This document shows, piece by piece, positions 1-8,318 of a stretch of 64,000 nucleotides of DNA; position 1 is the first letter of the stretch; each line of letters begins with the position of its first letter. The stretch comes from an uncultured virus (IMG/VR IMGVR_UViG_3300028833_000149) (taxonomy: Duplodnaviria; Heunggongvirae; Uroviricota; Caudoviricetes). Under the pieces are notes generated by a model. That model made no database searches, was not told the origin of the DNA, and saw nothing but the letters and a program-made list of their open reading frames with translations. A program made the position numbers and the translations under genes. The stretch lies in IMG/VR virus record IMGVR_UViG_3300028833_000149, positions 1 to 64,000 of that record. One strand, given 5' to 3'.

Positions 1-15
1 GGTATATCAATATCG

Positions 16-48
16 GCGTCACATCTATATGATGATGACGCTTTTTTT
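16..48 (+). terminator. Intrinsic terminator-like hairpin directly upstream of tRNA
   Basis: gcgtca...tgacgc stem followed by T7. Confidence 0.6.
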
Positions 49-123
49 GTCAGTTTCGTTCAAAGGCTAGGATGGAGCGTTCATACCGCTTAGATATGGG
101 TTCGATTCCCTTAGCTGACACCA
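49..123 (+). tRNA. tRNA with CAT anticodon (Met, possibly Ile2)
   Basis: Acceptor GTCAGTT/AGCTGAC, anticodon arm GAGCG-TTCATAC-CGCTT, GGTTCGATT T-loop, encoded CCA. Confidence 0.88.
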
Positions 124-151
124 AAAATGCGGCAAAATAAATAAAATTTTA

Positions 152-180
152 TTGACAAAAAGGAAAATTTATTATATAAT
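152..180 (+). promoter_or_regulatory. Consensus sigma70/sigmaA promoter (early class)
   Basis: TTGACA-17 nt-TATAAT with AT-rich UP region. Confidence 0.85.
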
Positions 181-208
181 ATAATTGTAAAAGATAGGAG
201 GAAATTAT

Positions 209-454
209 ATGATAAGTTTAGATTTAGATGTTGATATAAAAACTTTACAAATAATGTTATTAGGCTGGGATTACGATATTGATGAAATAGAAAATATGTC
301 TGCAGAGCAATTATTTGATAAAGTTAAACAAATTCTTGAAGTATATTGTGAAAAAGAAAGTTTAAGACAACAAGAACAAATTTTTATGAGTAATGATAGA
401 AAAACCGTAGATAAATATATTGATTTTTTAAAAAGAAAGAGAGATGATTGTTAA
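209..454 (+). CDS. Hypothetical protein
   Basis: ORF with AGGAGG RBS behind promoter. Confidence 0.7.
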   Translation: MISLDLDVDIKTLQIMLLGWDYDIDEIENMSAEQLFDKVKQILEVYCEKESLRQQEQIFMSNDRKTVDKYIDFLKRKRDDC

Positions 455-1127
455 AATGAGTAATGTATATTTTGTATCAGACACCCATTTTTCCCACAAA
501 AATATATTAAAATATGAACCAATTCGTATTGATTTCGTCGCCAAGTTCATGTCAGAACACGGTAGCAGAAAAACTTTTGACGAAGCTCGTGAGTTTTTAA
601 TAAATTGTATTGAAACAGGAGAAAATATTGAAACCATGCTTTATTGGCATGATGAGGCACTTATCGCCGCTTGGAACTCACAAGTTAAGGACGACGATGT
701 AGTATGGTTCTTAGGTGATTTCGGTTTTAAAGATACAAAGAAGATGCAAGAAATTGGTCGTAGATTAAAAGGTCATAAGCGTATAATTATGGGTAACCAC
801 GATAGAGAAAAGCCTGAATTTTACTACACTTGCGGATTTGAATTTGTTAGTCCATATCCAGTAGTATTAAAGAGACATTTTATTCTATCTCATGCGCCTT
901 TATTTAAAGAACAAGCTGAAGATGGAGTAACAACTAAAGCTTTACCTATGGGACAGTTCTTTAATATTTATGGACACGTTCACAGTCATGGGGATTTTAA
1001 AACCATAGATGAAAATAGTGCATGTGTTTGTGTAGAACGTATCGACTTTACTCCTGTAAAATTACACGTATTCGATAGTTATGTTGAGGGTAGCGCAGGA
1101 AATCCCGCAAAGAATAGACAAAAGTAA
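444..1127 (+). CDS. Calcineurin-like metallophosphoesterase (start may be 456)
   Basis: SDTHF, LGDF, GNHD, SHAP, YGHVH motifs. Confidence 0.88.
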   Translation: MIVKMSNVYFVSDTHFSHKNILKYEPIRIDFVAKFMSEHGSRKTFDEAREFLINCIETGENIETMLYWHDEALIAAWNSQVKDDDVVWFLGDFGFKDTKKMQEIGRRLKGHKRIIMGNHDREKPEFYYTCGFEFVSPYPVVLKRHFILSHAPLFKEQAEDGVTTKALPMGQFFNIYGHVHSHGDFKTIDENSACVCVERIDFTPVKLHVFDSYVEGSAGNPAKNRQK

Positions 1128-1152
1128 AGATACTTTTATTAGTATCTTCTTT

Positions 1153-1229
1153 GGACCCGTAGCTTAATTGGTCAGAGCAGCGGACTCATAACCCGCCGGT
1201 TCTCGGTTCAAGTCCGAGCAGGTCCACCA
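1153..1229 (+). tRNA. tRNA-CAT, Ile2 (lysidine)-like body
   Basis: GGACC.../GGTCC-A-CCA ends, CTCATAA loop, GGTTCAAGTCC; resembles Firmicute tRNA-Ile2. Confidence 0.88.
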
Positions 1230-1255
1230 AAATTTTAAATTGAGAGGAATTAAAT

Positions 1256-1963
1256 ATGTATAAAGGATTATATGATAAGTTTTCAAATTGGTTCAGAGGC
1301 GGCAATATTTGGCTTTATTCAGACCCACATTTTGGCGACGAAGAAATGAAGGAAATCCGCAAGAATTATATTAGTGATGAAGAACAAATTAAGCGTATCA
1401 ATTCAAAAGTAGGAAAGAATGATACAATTATTTTCTTGGGAGATATTGGTAATGTTGAATGCATTAAGAAAATTCGTGGCTATAAAGTATTGATTATGGG
1501 TAATCACGATAAAGGCGCAACTAAATATAAGAGAGTAGTAAAAGAAACTCAAACTTTTAATGCGGCTGAAGTTACGGTTGAAGATTTAGATAAAATTAAA
1601 GAATTAGGTTTTAGTTTTGTAAATCAACCTGATAAAGTTAAGGAATTGGGATTAGATAAGTATTTTCATACAATAATAGAAGATAATCATTTATTTGATG
1701 AGGTATTTGAAGGACCTGAGTTTATTAACGATAAGATCGTTTTATCTCACGAGCCTTTAGATTTATACGCATTCAATATTCATGGACACAAGCACGATTT
1801 GGAATATAAATATGACGATAAGCACTTAAATATATGTGCGGAAGCAATAGATTATACACCAATTAGTTTGCTTTCTCTATTGAAGAATGGTGTAGCAAGT
1901 AAGATTGACGATATTCATAGAATTACTATTGATAAAGCAACAGAGAGAAAGAAAGGAAAATAA
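1256..1963 (+). CDS. Calcineurin-like metallophosphoesterase (second copy)
   Basis: SDPHF, LGDI, GNHD, SHEP, HGHKH motifs. Confidence 0.88.
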   Translation: MYKGLYDKFSNWFRGGNIWLYSDPHFGDEEMKEIRKNYISDEEQIKRINSKVGKNDTIIFLGDIGNVECIKKIRGYKVLIMGNHDKGATKYKRVVKETQTFNAAEVTVEDLDKIKELGFSFVNQPDKVKELGLDKYFHTIIEDNHLFDEVFEGPEFINDKIVLSHEPLDLYAFNIHGHKHDLEYKYDDKHLNICAEAIDYTPISLLSLLKNGVASKIDDIHRITIDKATERKKGK

Positions 1964-1964
1964 T

Positions 1965-2432
1965 ATGGAATCATTAAAGGATTATTTAGAGTATTATTCC
2001 AAGTATGGTATTGAAGAAAAAGAAATTGTTAAACAATTTATTACAGATAAAAATTTGGAACTAGATTATTCAAATATGATTATGGAATTAGTTCAAACAA
2101 GATTGTATAAAGAACAATATAAACAAGCAAAAGCAAAAGAAGTAATATTATACTATAATAGTTGTTGCGGACAAACTCATAACAAAGAATGGACAAATGA
2201 AGAAAATACTTTATGGGATAAATGGGTTATTGAATATGCATTAAATTTTGAATTAAGTGAATCAACAAAAGAGATTATCAAACAAAAAGTGCCGCAAATG
2301 ATCGCTCCAAATTGGGGTTTTAGAGGATTACTTGCATATATAAATAAAGAGTGCGGTGTTCTTTTTAAAGACCAAAAAAGTAAAGATGACTTTGATTTAT
2401 TACAAGTGCCAAAAAGTTTTGGAAATTACTAA
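1965..2432 (+). CDS. Hypothetical protein
   Basis: ORF; ATG at 1965 after AAGGAA RBS. Confidence 0.7.
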   Translation: MESLKDYLEYYSKYGIEEKEIVKQFITDKNLELDYSNMIMELVQTRLYKEQYKQAKAKEVILYYNSCCGQTHNKEWTNEENTLWDKWVIEYALNFELSESTKEIIKQKVPQMIAPNWGFRGLLAYINKECGVLFKDQKSKDDFDLLQVPKSFGNY

Positions 2433-2458
2433 TGGGTGGCAATAATGCTGCCTTAAAT

Positions 2459-2532
2459 ATCGGCTTAGTATAACGGTATTATAGCGGCCTCCAAATCCGA
2501 AGATAGAGTTTCGACTACTCTAGCCGGTGCCA
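2459..2532 (+). tRNA. tRNA-Trp(CCA) with imperfect anticodon stem
   Basis: ATCGGCT/AGCCGGT acceptor, G73, CCA end, anticodon CCA at 2491-2493. Confidence 0.85.
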
Positions 2533-2577
2533 AATGAAATAGTAGAGGAGAAAATATTGTTTTTCTTCTCTTTTTTA

Positions 2578-2606
2578 TTGACAATAAGCAAAAAATATAA
2601 TAAAAT
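2578..2606 (+). promoter_or_regulatory. sigma70-type promoter fused to upstream terminator
   Basis: TTGACA-17-TAAAAT. Confidence 0.75.
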
Positions 2607-2654
2607 ATAATTGTAAAAAAGAAATAGAAAAATAGGAAAGTAGAGGAACAAAAA

Positions 2655-2879
2655 ATGATAGTATATGTATTAACACATTGTGCGGCAGAAGAAAATTATA
2701 CACCAGAAGTTTTTACAGATGTAGAAAAAGCTTATAAGAGATTAAAAAAAGTATATGAAGATTGTATAGAGGATGACGAGTCCGTAGTTTCATGCGATCT
2801 TTATGATACATCAGCGTGTATTGTATATGTAGATGATAGTTATGATAAGTTAGATATTTTTTCAGTTGAGGTAGAATAA
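2655..2879 (+). CDS. Small acidic hypothetical protein
   Basis: ORF with GAGG RBS. Confidence 0.7.
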   Translation: MIVYVLTHCAAEENYTPEVFTDVEKAYKRLKKVYEDCIEDDESVVSCDLYDTSACIVYVDDSYDKLDIFSVEVE

Positions 2880-3151
2880 TGAGTAGTTTAAATTTTGATT
2901 TTGAAAAGAAATTATTAAATTTTATAGAAAAGAATTGTAATTGCAATTTTAAAGTTGAAATTATTAAAGACGCATCCGGAGTGCATATTCAAAATGCAGT
3001 AGATAAAGCCGCAATTTATAAAGAATTAGAAAATATTGACGATATGTTAATAGAAATGAGTGGATATGATAGAGAGACTGAACAAATTGATTTAGAAGAT
3101 AATATCACTTTAGCTTGTGATAATATAAGAGATTTATTGGAAGGAGAATAA
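2879..3151 (+). CDS. Hypothetical protein
   Basis: TAATG-coupled ORF. Confidence 0.7.
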   Translation: MSSLNFDFEKKLLNFIEKNCNCNFKVEIIKDASGVHIQNAVDKAAIYKELENIDDMLIEMSGYDRETEQIDLEDNITLACDNIRDLLEGE

Positions 3152-3153
3152 AA

Positions 3154-3339
3154 ATGTTAATATTCGCATGGATTTTATGGAGTTTATATGTTTTAGGTTT
3201 TACTACTATTTTAGCAATATGGGTTGGAGCAATGTGTGCATTAAATGATAGCAGAGAGGTTCATATAAATATTAACTTACTATCAGTTTTAATGAATATC
3301 GCAGTATTCGTGTTCTTAAGTATATACTTGTTCGCATAA
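3154..3339 (+). CDS. Small membrane protein (2 TM)
   Basis: Two hydrophobic stretches, GGAG RBS. Confidence 0.7.
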   Translation: MLIFAWILWSLYVLGFTTILAIWVGAMCALNDSREVHININLLSVLMNIAVFVFLSIYLFA

Positions 3340-3383
3340 TTATAGATGTAAAGAAGAAAATGTTGATTTTTCTTCTTTTTTTA

Positions 3384-3412
3384 TTGACAAAACGTGAAAT
3401 TTGACTTATAAT
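3384..3412 (+). promoter_or_regulatory. Consensus sigma70 promoter
   Basis: TTGACA-17-TATAAT. Confidence 0.85.
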
Positions 3413-3450
3413 AATAATGTAAATAAAGATAAGGAAAGTAGGTAGTAACT

Positions 3451-3651
3451 ATGAATAATGTGGTTGAATTGAAAGCAAAAGCTTTTGACTTAATTGATAT
3501 TAAAAATGTAGATATTAAATTATTAAAGTGGGCATATCCTAGTGTAGAAGCTTATAATGTTAAGGTAAGAGTAGAAAAAGATTATTGGTGGAGAGAGGAA
3601 TTAACAAAAGAAGAATTTGAATTTCTCGGTAGAATGGTAGGTGCTGAATAA
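3451..3651 (+). CDS. Hypothetical protein, similar to C-terminus of 4535..5005
   Basis: VDI..L....VEAYN...EELTKEEF pattern shared. Confidence 0.7.
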   Translation: MNNVVELKAKAFDLIDIKNVDIKLLKWAYPSVEAYNVKVRVEKDYWWREELTKEEFEFLGRMVGAE

Positions 3652-3860
3652 TGAATAATTTATGGTTTGAATTTTTAGTTGATAAATTCGTAACAGACGA
3701 AACTGATATTCGTTGTTGCGGCTCTTGTCAAGGCGGATGTGTTAATCCTGCAATTTGTGCTTTTATCTGTTGCGGAATTCCAGTTGAAAAGTTTAAAGAA
3801 TATGTTAAAAAAGATATTGATAAATTAAGACAAGAATTTCGTGAGAAGAATGATTTGTAA
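3651..3860 (+). CDS. Small Cys-rich hypothetical protein
   Basis: CCGSCQGGC..C...CC cluster; TAATG coupling. Confidence 0.65.
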   Translation: MNNLWFEFLVDKFVTDETDIRCCGSCQGGCVNPAICAFICCGIPVEKFKEYVKKDIDKLRQEFREKNDL

Positions 3861-3888
3861 TAATATCTAAAGAAAGCTGGTAAAAATT

Positions 3889-4233
3889 ATGAAATATAAA
3901 ATTTATAGAGGATTTGACGATTGGTATGAGTTATATGAAAAATATGAACATGCCGATTTTGATGATAATTTAGAAAGAAAAGCTTTTAGAGAAGAATTTG
4001 AAACAATTAGTATGTCTATGTGGCATCATTATATAAATCTTGCAAGTAATGACATTGAAAAACAACAAGAACTTGCAGAAGCACTAGCTGAGATGTGGTG
4101 TTCTGGTATAGGTTGTGATTCAATAAAAGGTGCTTATGAAGATGCATTGGACTATCTACGCTACGCAAGCGATAGAATGAATATAAATAGATGGATGCGT
4201 ATTCGTATTTTATTAAATTATGATGTTGAATAA
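3889..4233 (+). CDS. Hypothetical protein
   Basis: ORF in operon. Confidence 0.7.
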   Translation: MKYKIYRGFDDWYELYEKYEHADFDDNLERKAFREEFETISMSMWHHYINLASNDIEKQQELAEALAEMWCSGIGCDSIKGAYEDALDYLRYASDRMNINRWMRIRILLNYDVE

Positions 4234-4257
4234 AATATTTAGAAAGGGAATGAAAAG

Positions 4258-4545
4258 ATGCAACTAGAATTATATGGTTTTGAAATAAAAATAAAATCTT
4301 ATTTTACTATCACTATTGATGGTCTTTATTTAACTGGCAATATAACATTTGTTGATATCTTTGATATACCAATGTATTTAACTAAATATATTGTAGACAT
4401 TCCTGATATTTTATTATTTAATGATTATAATGAAGCTTTAAGATGTGAATATGAAATGCTTAAAAGACATTATTTATTAAGAAAAAATTGTAGTGTTAAA
4501 ATTGTTGAAATAAATAAAGCGGAGGTAGTTAGATATGATAGATAA
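4258..4545 (+). CDS. Hypothetical protein
   Basis: ORF in operon. Confidence 0.65.
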   Translation: MQLELYGFEIKIKSYFTITIDGLYLTGNITFVDIFDIPMYLTKYIVDIPDILLFNDYNEALRCEYEMLKRHYLLRKNCSVKIVEINKAEVVRYDR

Positions 4546-5005
4546 AGCGTTAGATAAGTTTAAACAAATAAACCAAATAAATCCTAATGAAGCATTAGAA
4601 TGTCTTAAAAGTATAGAAGAACATTGTAAAAGTGATTATGAATATTGTATTAGTTGTTATGATTATGAAAAAGAGTTGTCTACTATTAAACAAGCATTAA
4701 TTAAAGCACAAGAGTTAAAAAGTGAAAATAATGCTTTACTTGGTGAAAATAATGCTTTACTTGAAGAAAATAATAATTTATATGTTGAATTAACATTTTC
4801 TGATAAGCAGCATAAAGAGTTAATAGAAAACACAAAACAATATAAAAAGATGCTTGAGATTATTAAAGAAAAAGATGTTGATATTTATATTTTACAAAAA
4901 TGCAAAACAGTTGATGAATATAACTCTAAAATTGTTCATATTGTTGGAGAAACTAGAGAACTTGCCGAAGAAGAATTCAAATTATTAAAGGAATGGTTAA
5001 AATAA
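4535..5005 (+). CDS. Coiled-coil hypothetical protein
   Basis: GGAGG RBS; ENNALL heptad repeats. Confidence 0.7.
   Translation: MIDKALDKFKQINQINPNEALECLKSIEEHCKSDYEYCISCYDYEKELSTIKQALIKAQELKSENNALLGENNALLEENNNLYVELTFSDKQHKELIENTKQYKKMLEIIKEKDVDIYILQKCKTVDEYNSKIVHIVGETRELAEEEFKLLKEWLK
4722..4775 (+). repeat. 21-nt tandem repeat (about 2.5 copies) encoding heptads
   Basis: gtgaaaataatgctttacttg repeated. Confidence 0.75.
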
Positions 5006-5067
5006 TGAAAAAATTAACAAAACTAACTAAATAAGATACTTGGGAATTATTTGATAGATGGATTTTT

Positions 5068-5295
5068 ATGGACATATCACATTTTACAGGCGACGTTGAA
5101 GATAATTGTCTAACTGATGATGATGGCTATGGTCATTATATTTATGCCGATAATTGTAATCTATATGTTAATAAAGAAGAGTGCGCGGACTTACATAAAT
5201 TAGCTAATTATGGTTTTCATAGATTAGAAGAATTTATTGAACTAATGTCAAATGAAAAATATTATCTTATAGGTGTATTTTGGTATAATAAATAA
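5068..5295 (+). CDS. Hypothetical protein; probably originally began at 5005 (in-frame TAA at 5032)
   Basis: ORF; upstream in-frame coupled ATG. Confidence 0.55.
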   Translation: MDISHFTGDVEDNCLTDDDGYGHYIYADNCNLYVNKEECADLHKLANYGFHRLEEFIELMSNEKYYLIGVFWYNK

Positions 5296-5298
5296 GGA

Positions 5299-5661
5299 GT
5301 GAATAATATGATAAAATTAAATGTAAAAGGTCATAATGATATGTGTGGTGGATATTCATATTCTGGACAAGTGTCATTTGATGGAAAAACTGTTAAAGAA
5401 GTATTAGACGAAATTAGAGAATATGCAAAAGATCAAGATGCAAAATATCTAGGAGATGGTTTTGGCAATCCTGAAAGTGGAGGTTGTGATGCTTGGTGTA
5501 TTAAAATAGATGATGTAGTTTATTGGAATGGTTGGGTGCCACAATCTTGGGTAAAATATGGTGTTTACGACCATAGTTTAGATAATCTTATTGTAAAAGA
5601 TGTTCGAGTACACGGTGGTTGGTATTGTTTTTATGATTTTGAAATAATTACAAATAAATAG
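5299..5661 (+). CDS. Hypothetical protein (start may be 5308)
   Basis: AAGGAG RBS, open frame. Confidence 0.7.
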   Translation: MNNMIKLNVKGHNDMCGGYSYSGQVSFDGKTVKEVLDEIREYAKDQDAKYLGDGFGNPESGGCDAWCIKIDDVVYWNGWVPQSWVKYGVYDHSLDNLIVKDVRVHGGWYCFYDFEIITNK

Positions 5662-5689
5662 TAAAATGCAATTAATTAGTTTATTCTAC

Positions 5690-5718
5690 TTGACAGAACG
5701 TAAAAAATGTAATATAAT
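5690..5718 (+). promoter_or_regulatory. Consensus sigma70 promoter
   Basis: TTGACA-17-TATAAT. Confidence 0.85.
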
Positions 5719-5741
5719 ATTTGTAATAGGAGTGGTGTAAT

Positions 5742-6770
5742 ATGAAAAAACTGCAAATTTTAATTCCACATTACAAAGAAGATTTTAGTATAATCAAGCC
5801 TTTATTGGATTCTATAAATATTCAACAGAATATTAATTTTGATGATATTGGAGTTATTATTGTAAATGATGGTAATGAGGTTATTATAGATAAAAATAAT
5901 TTTAATAATTATAATTATGAAATACAATATTATATAAATGAACATAAAGGTGTGTCCGCAACAAGAAACGCTTGTTTAGATAAAGCAGAAGCAGAATATG
6001 TTATGTTCTGTGATTGTGATGATATGTTCTCTAATATTTGTGGATTATGGTGTATATTTAGAGAAATGAATACTAAAAATTCTAATGAAGAAAATGTAGG
6101 TTTCGATGTATTAGTTTCAGTATTTATGCAAGAAAGCCATGACCCTAAAACTAATACAATAACTTACATAAATCGCGGCGACAAAGATAAAGATGGTTTG
6201 GATTCTGTATTTGTTCATGGCAAAGCTTATCGTAGACAATATTTATTAGACAACAATATAAGATGGTGTGAAAAATTAACAATTCACGAAGATAGTTATT
6301 TTAACTGTCTTTGCCAAACTCTAACTAAAAATATTAAGTATATTTCTACTCCATTTTATCTGTGGAAATGGCGTGGTGAATCTGTTTGTAGAAGTGATGA
6401 GAAGTATATATTAAAAACCTATACTAATTTATTAGATAGTTCAGATGCATTAGTAGAACAATTTATATTAAGAAAGAAGCTAGAAAATGCTCAATATAAT
6501 ATTACTCATATGATATACAACACTTATTTTACAATGAATACTGACGAGTGGTTAGCGGCAGAAAATAGACCTTATAGATTAAAAACTGAAAGACATTTTA
6601 AATATTACTATAATAAGTATAGTTATCTTATGAATGGAATAAAACCTGAAGTTAAAATGCAAATAATTAAAACTTTAAAAACAAACTTTTTTAATAAAGG
6701 GTTAGTTATTGAAAAATTTTCATTTGAAGATTGGATTAGATATATACAAGGATTAAAAGATGAGCAATAG
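5742..6770 (+). CDS. Glycosyltransferase family 2 (GT-A fold)
   Basis: ILIPHY, IVNDG, GVSATRN, FCDCDD (DxD), HED motifs. Confidence 0.88.
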   Translation: MKKLQILIPHYKEDFSIIKPLLDSINIQQNINFDDIGVIIVNDGNEVIIDKNNFNNYNYEIQYYINEHKGVSATRNACLDKAEAEYVMFCDCDDMFSNICGLWCIFREMNTKNSNEENVGFDVLVSVFMQESHDPKTNTITYINRGDKDKDGLDSVFVHGKAYRRQYLLDNNIRWCEKLTIHEDSYFNCLCQTLTKNIKYISTPFYLWKWRGESVCRSDEKYILKTYTNLLDSSDALVEQFILRKKLENAQYNITHMIYNTYFTMNTDEWLAAENRPYRLKTERHFKYYYNKYSYLMNGIKPEVKMQIIKTLKTNFFNKGLVIEKFSFEDWIRYIQGLKDEQ

Positions 6771-6787
6771 ATAAAAGGAGCATTAAA

Positions 6788-6988
6788 ATGACAACAAAAG
6801 AAATATTAACAGCAATAGCGATTTTAATGGAAGAAAATTTTAATGAATATTTTGAAGATTATGATGCACAAGTTCGTCATATAGTATTAGACAATCATAA
6901 ATATGATGTTTTTTCTGACGATTTAAGACTTTTTAGTGAATTACAAAATAAGCTTGAAGAATTAGATAATATAAAAATGAACAAATAA
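6788..6988 (+). CDS. Hypothetical protein
   Basis: AAGGAG RBS. Confidence 0.65.
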   Translation: MTTKEILTAIAILMEENFNEYFEDYDAQVRHIVLDNHKYDVFSDDLRLFSELQNKLEELDNIKMNK

Positions 6989-7000
6989 TTACATAAAATA

Positions 7001-7029
7001 TTGACAAAGCTCATAAAATGTAATATAAT
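7001..7029 (+). promoter_or_regulatory. Consensus sigma70 promoter
   Basis: TTGACA-17-TATAAT. Confidence 0.85.
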
Positions 7030-7052
7030 ATATTTGTAGAAAGAGTGATAAA

Positions 7053-7292
7053 ATGTTTGTAAAATTAAAACCAATAGATAAAAATATGGAAAAGAAAATA
7101 ATAAAAAATGGCGGCGTTTTAGTAGAAGATAATTGCTACATTTTTTTAGTTGATGATAATGAAGTAATGCCGCTATTAGAGAGACTTCTTTCTATTGATG
7201 AAAATTTAGAGAAATATAATTATTGTAAAGAACCACTTTTTAGTTATTATTATGATTATAATACTCAACATTTTATCATTAAATATGAATAA
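7053..7292 (+). CDS. Hypothetical protein
   Basis: ORF behind promoter. Confidence 0.65.
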   Translation: MFVKLKPIDKNMEKKIIKNGGVLVEDNCYIFLVDDNEVMPLLERLLSIDENLEKYNYCKEPLFSYYYDYNTQHFIIKYE

Positions 7293-7306
7293 AAAGAGGT
7301 GAGATA

Positions 7307-7570
7307 ATGAGACAATTACAAGTTGTAGTTCCTAGTGCCGCAGAAGCTGAAAGAGTTAAATTTACTGCGCATTTAGTATCTATTGCATCTCGTTATGTCA
7401 GTGAAATGTATATTACAAGCGAAAGAACTAGCATTGATTTAAAATCAATAATGGGTATGATGACTATTGTTATAAACTCTGGAAAGACTTTTGATATTGA
7501 AATTACTGGAATTGATGAAGACGATGCGGCAAAAGCTATTACAGATTACTTTATTGAAGGGAGAATGTAA
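7307..7570 (+). CDS. HPr/Crh-like phosphocarrier homologue lacking the His15 motif
   Basis: 87 aa; DLKSIMGMM (Ser46 motif), ASRY.SE, G.DEDDA; no GLHARP. Confidence 0.8.
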   Translation: MRQLQVVVPSAAEAERVKFTAHLVSIASRYVSEMYITSERTSIDLKSIMGMMTIVINSGKTFDIEITGIDEDDAAKAITDYFIEGRM

Positions 7571-7572
7571 TA

Positions 7573-7824
7573 ATGAGTGAACAAGAAAAGCAAAGAAGAC
7601 TAAAATTGGAAAATAAAATGTATATACTAAAAATAGTAGACTTAGTAATTTACATATCTATTACAATTATGCTATGTTTAAGTCTAATTTTTGATTGGTC
7701 TATGTGTAGATATATTACATGCATAATCTTCTGTTTAACTATAATTAGTGATTTAGTTGTAGAAAATTTAATATATAAAGAATATTTATACTCAAAGATA
7801 GAAGATGGTTTGAATGAAAAATAG
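7573..7824 (+). CDS. Small membrane protein (2 TM)
   Basis: Hydrophobic segments. Confidence 0.65.
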   Translation: MSEQEKQRRLKLENKMYILKIVDLVIYISITIMLCLSLIFDWSMCRYITCIIFCLTIISDLVVENLIYKEYLYSKIEDGLNEK

Positions 7825-7981
7825 GAAACTTTTTAATAAAAGAGTATCTAAAAGACATGTAAATCAAATTTCTAAGAATAGAACTTATGAAAATAGATTG
7901 CCTATTTTTTGGTATATATTATTTGCTATTGGAGTATTTGTGGCAATATTTATATTTATAGGCTATTGCACTACAAAATAG
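7814..7981 (+). CDS. 55-aa basic peptide with C-terminal TM helix
   Basis: Read from sequence; overlaps previous stop. Confidence 0.5.
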   Translation: MKNRKLFNKRVSKRHVNQISKNRTYENRLPIFWYILFAIGVFVAIFIFIGYCTTK

Positions 7982-7995
7982 TGAGGAGTGATAAA

Positions 7996-8088
7996 ATGTT
8001 TTTAGATTTAACAATATCTTCTGCTATAAGTACTGCTTTAATTTTTACTTTTTTAATAGCAAGTTTAATTTCTTTTGTGAAAAAGTAA
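7996..8088 (+). CDS. 30-aa single-TM peptide
   Basis: GAGGAG RBS, hydrophobic, ends KK. Confidence 0.55.
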   Translation: MFLDLTISSAISTALIFTFLIASLISFVKK

Positions 8089-8090
8089 AA

Positions 8091-8119
8091 TTGACAATTA
8101 GTTAGAAAAATGCTATACT
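8091..8119 (+). promoter_or_regulatory. sigma70 promoter with extended -10 driving ncRNA
   Basis: TTGACA-17-TATACT preceded by TG. Confidence 0.85.
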
Positions 8120-8125
8120 AATAAT

Positions 8126-8280
8126 GCAGTGATAGAGTGATTTGTGAGTCGTGGTAGACTTAAGCAACTTAGGCTCGCGGGAGACCATCGAAAGTCGGGG
8201 GAGACTACTGATGCGTTAACAGCTAAGGCGCAGGGGTGTAACGCTGCTGCTATGTTTCGTCCTCAAGCAGACGACACTGT
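8126..8280 (+). ncRNA. Unidentified structured ncRNA (~155 nt, ~170 with terminator)
   Basis: GC-rich island between promoter and terminator; closing helix GCAGTG/CACTGT and several internal hairpins; no ORF. Confidence 0.7.
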
Positions 8281-8305
8281 AGGGACTTTGTCCCTTTATT
8301 TTTTT
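8281..8305 (+). terminator. Intrinsic terminator
   Basis: AGGGAC-TTT-GTCCCT then T-run. Confidence 0.75.
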
Positions 8306-8318
8306 AAGAGGTGATTTT

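Noticed and set aside
8126..8280. RNase P RNA or hammerhead ribozyme
   Set aside because: GAAAGTC and CTGATG are present, but the other conserved core elements are not in the required arrangement
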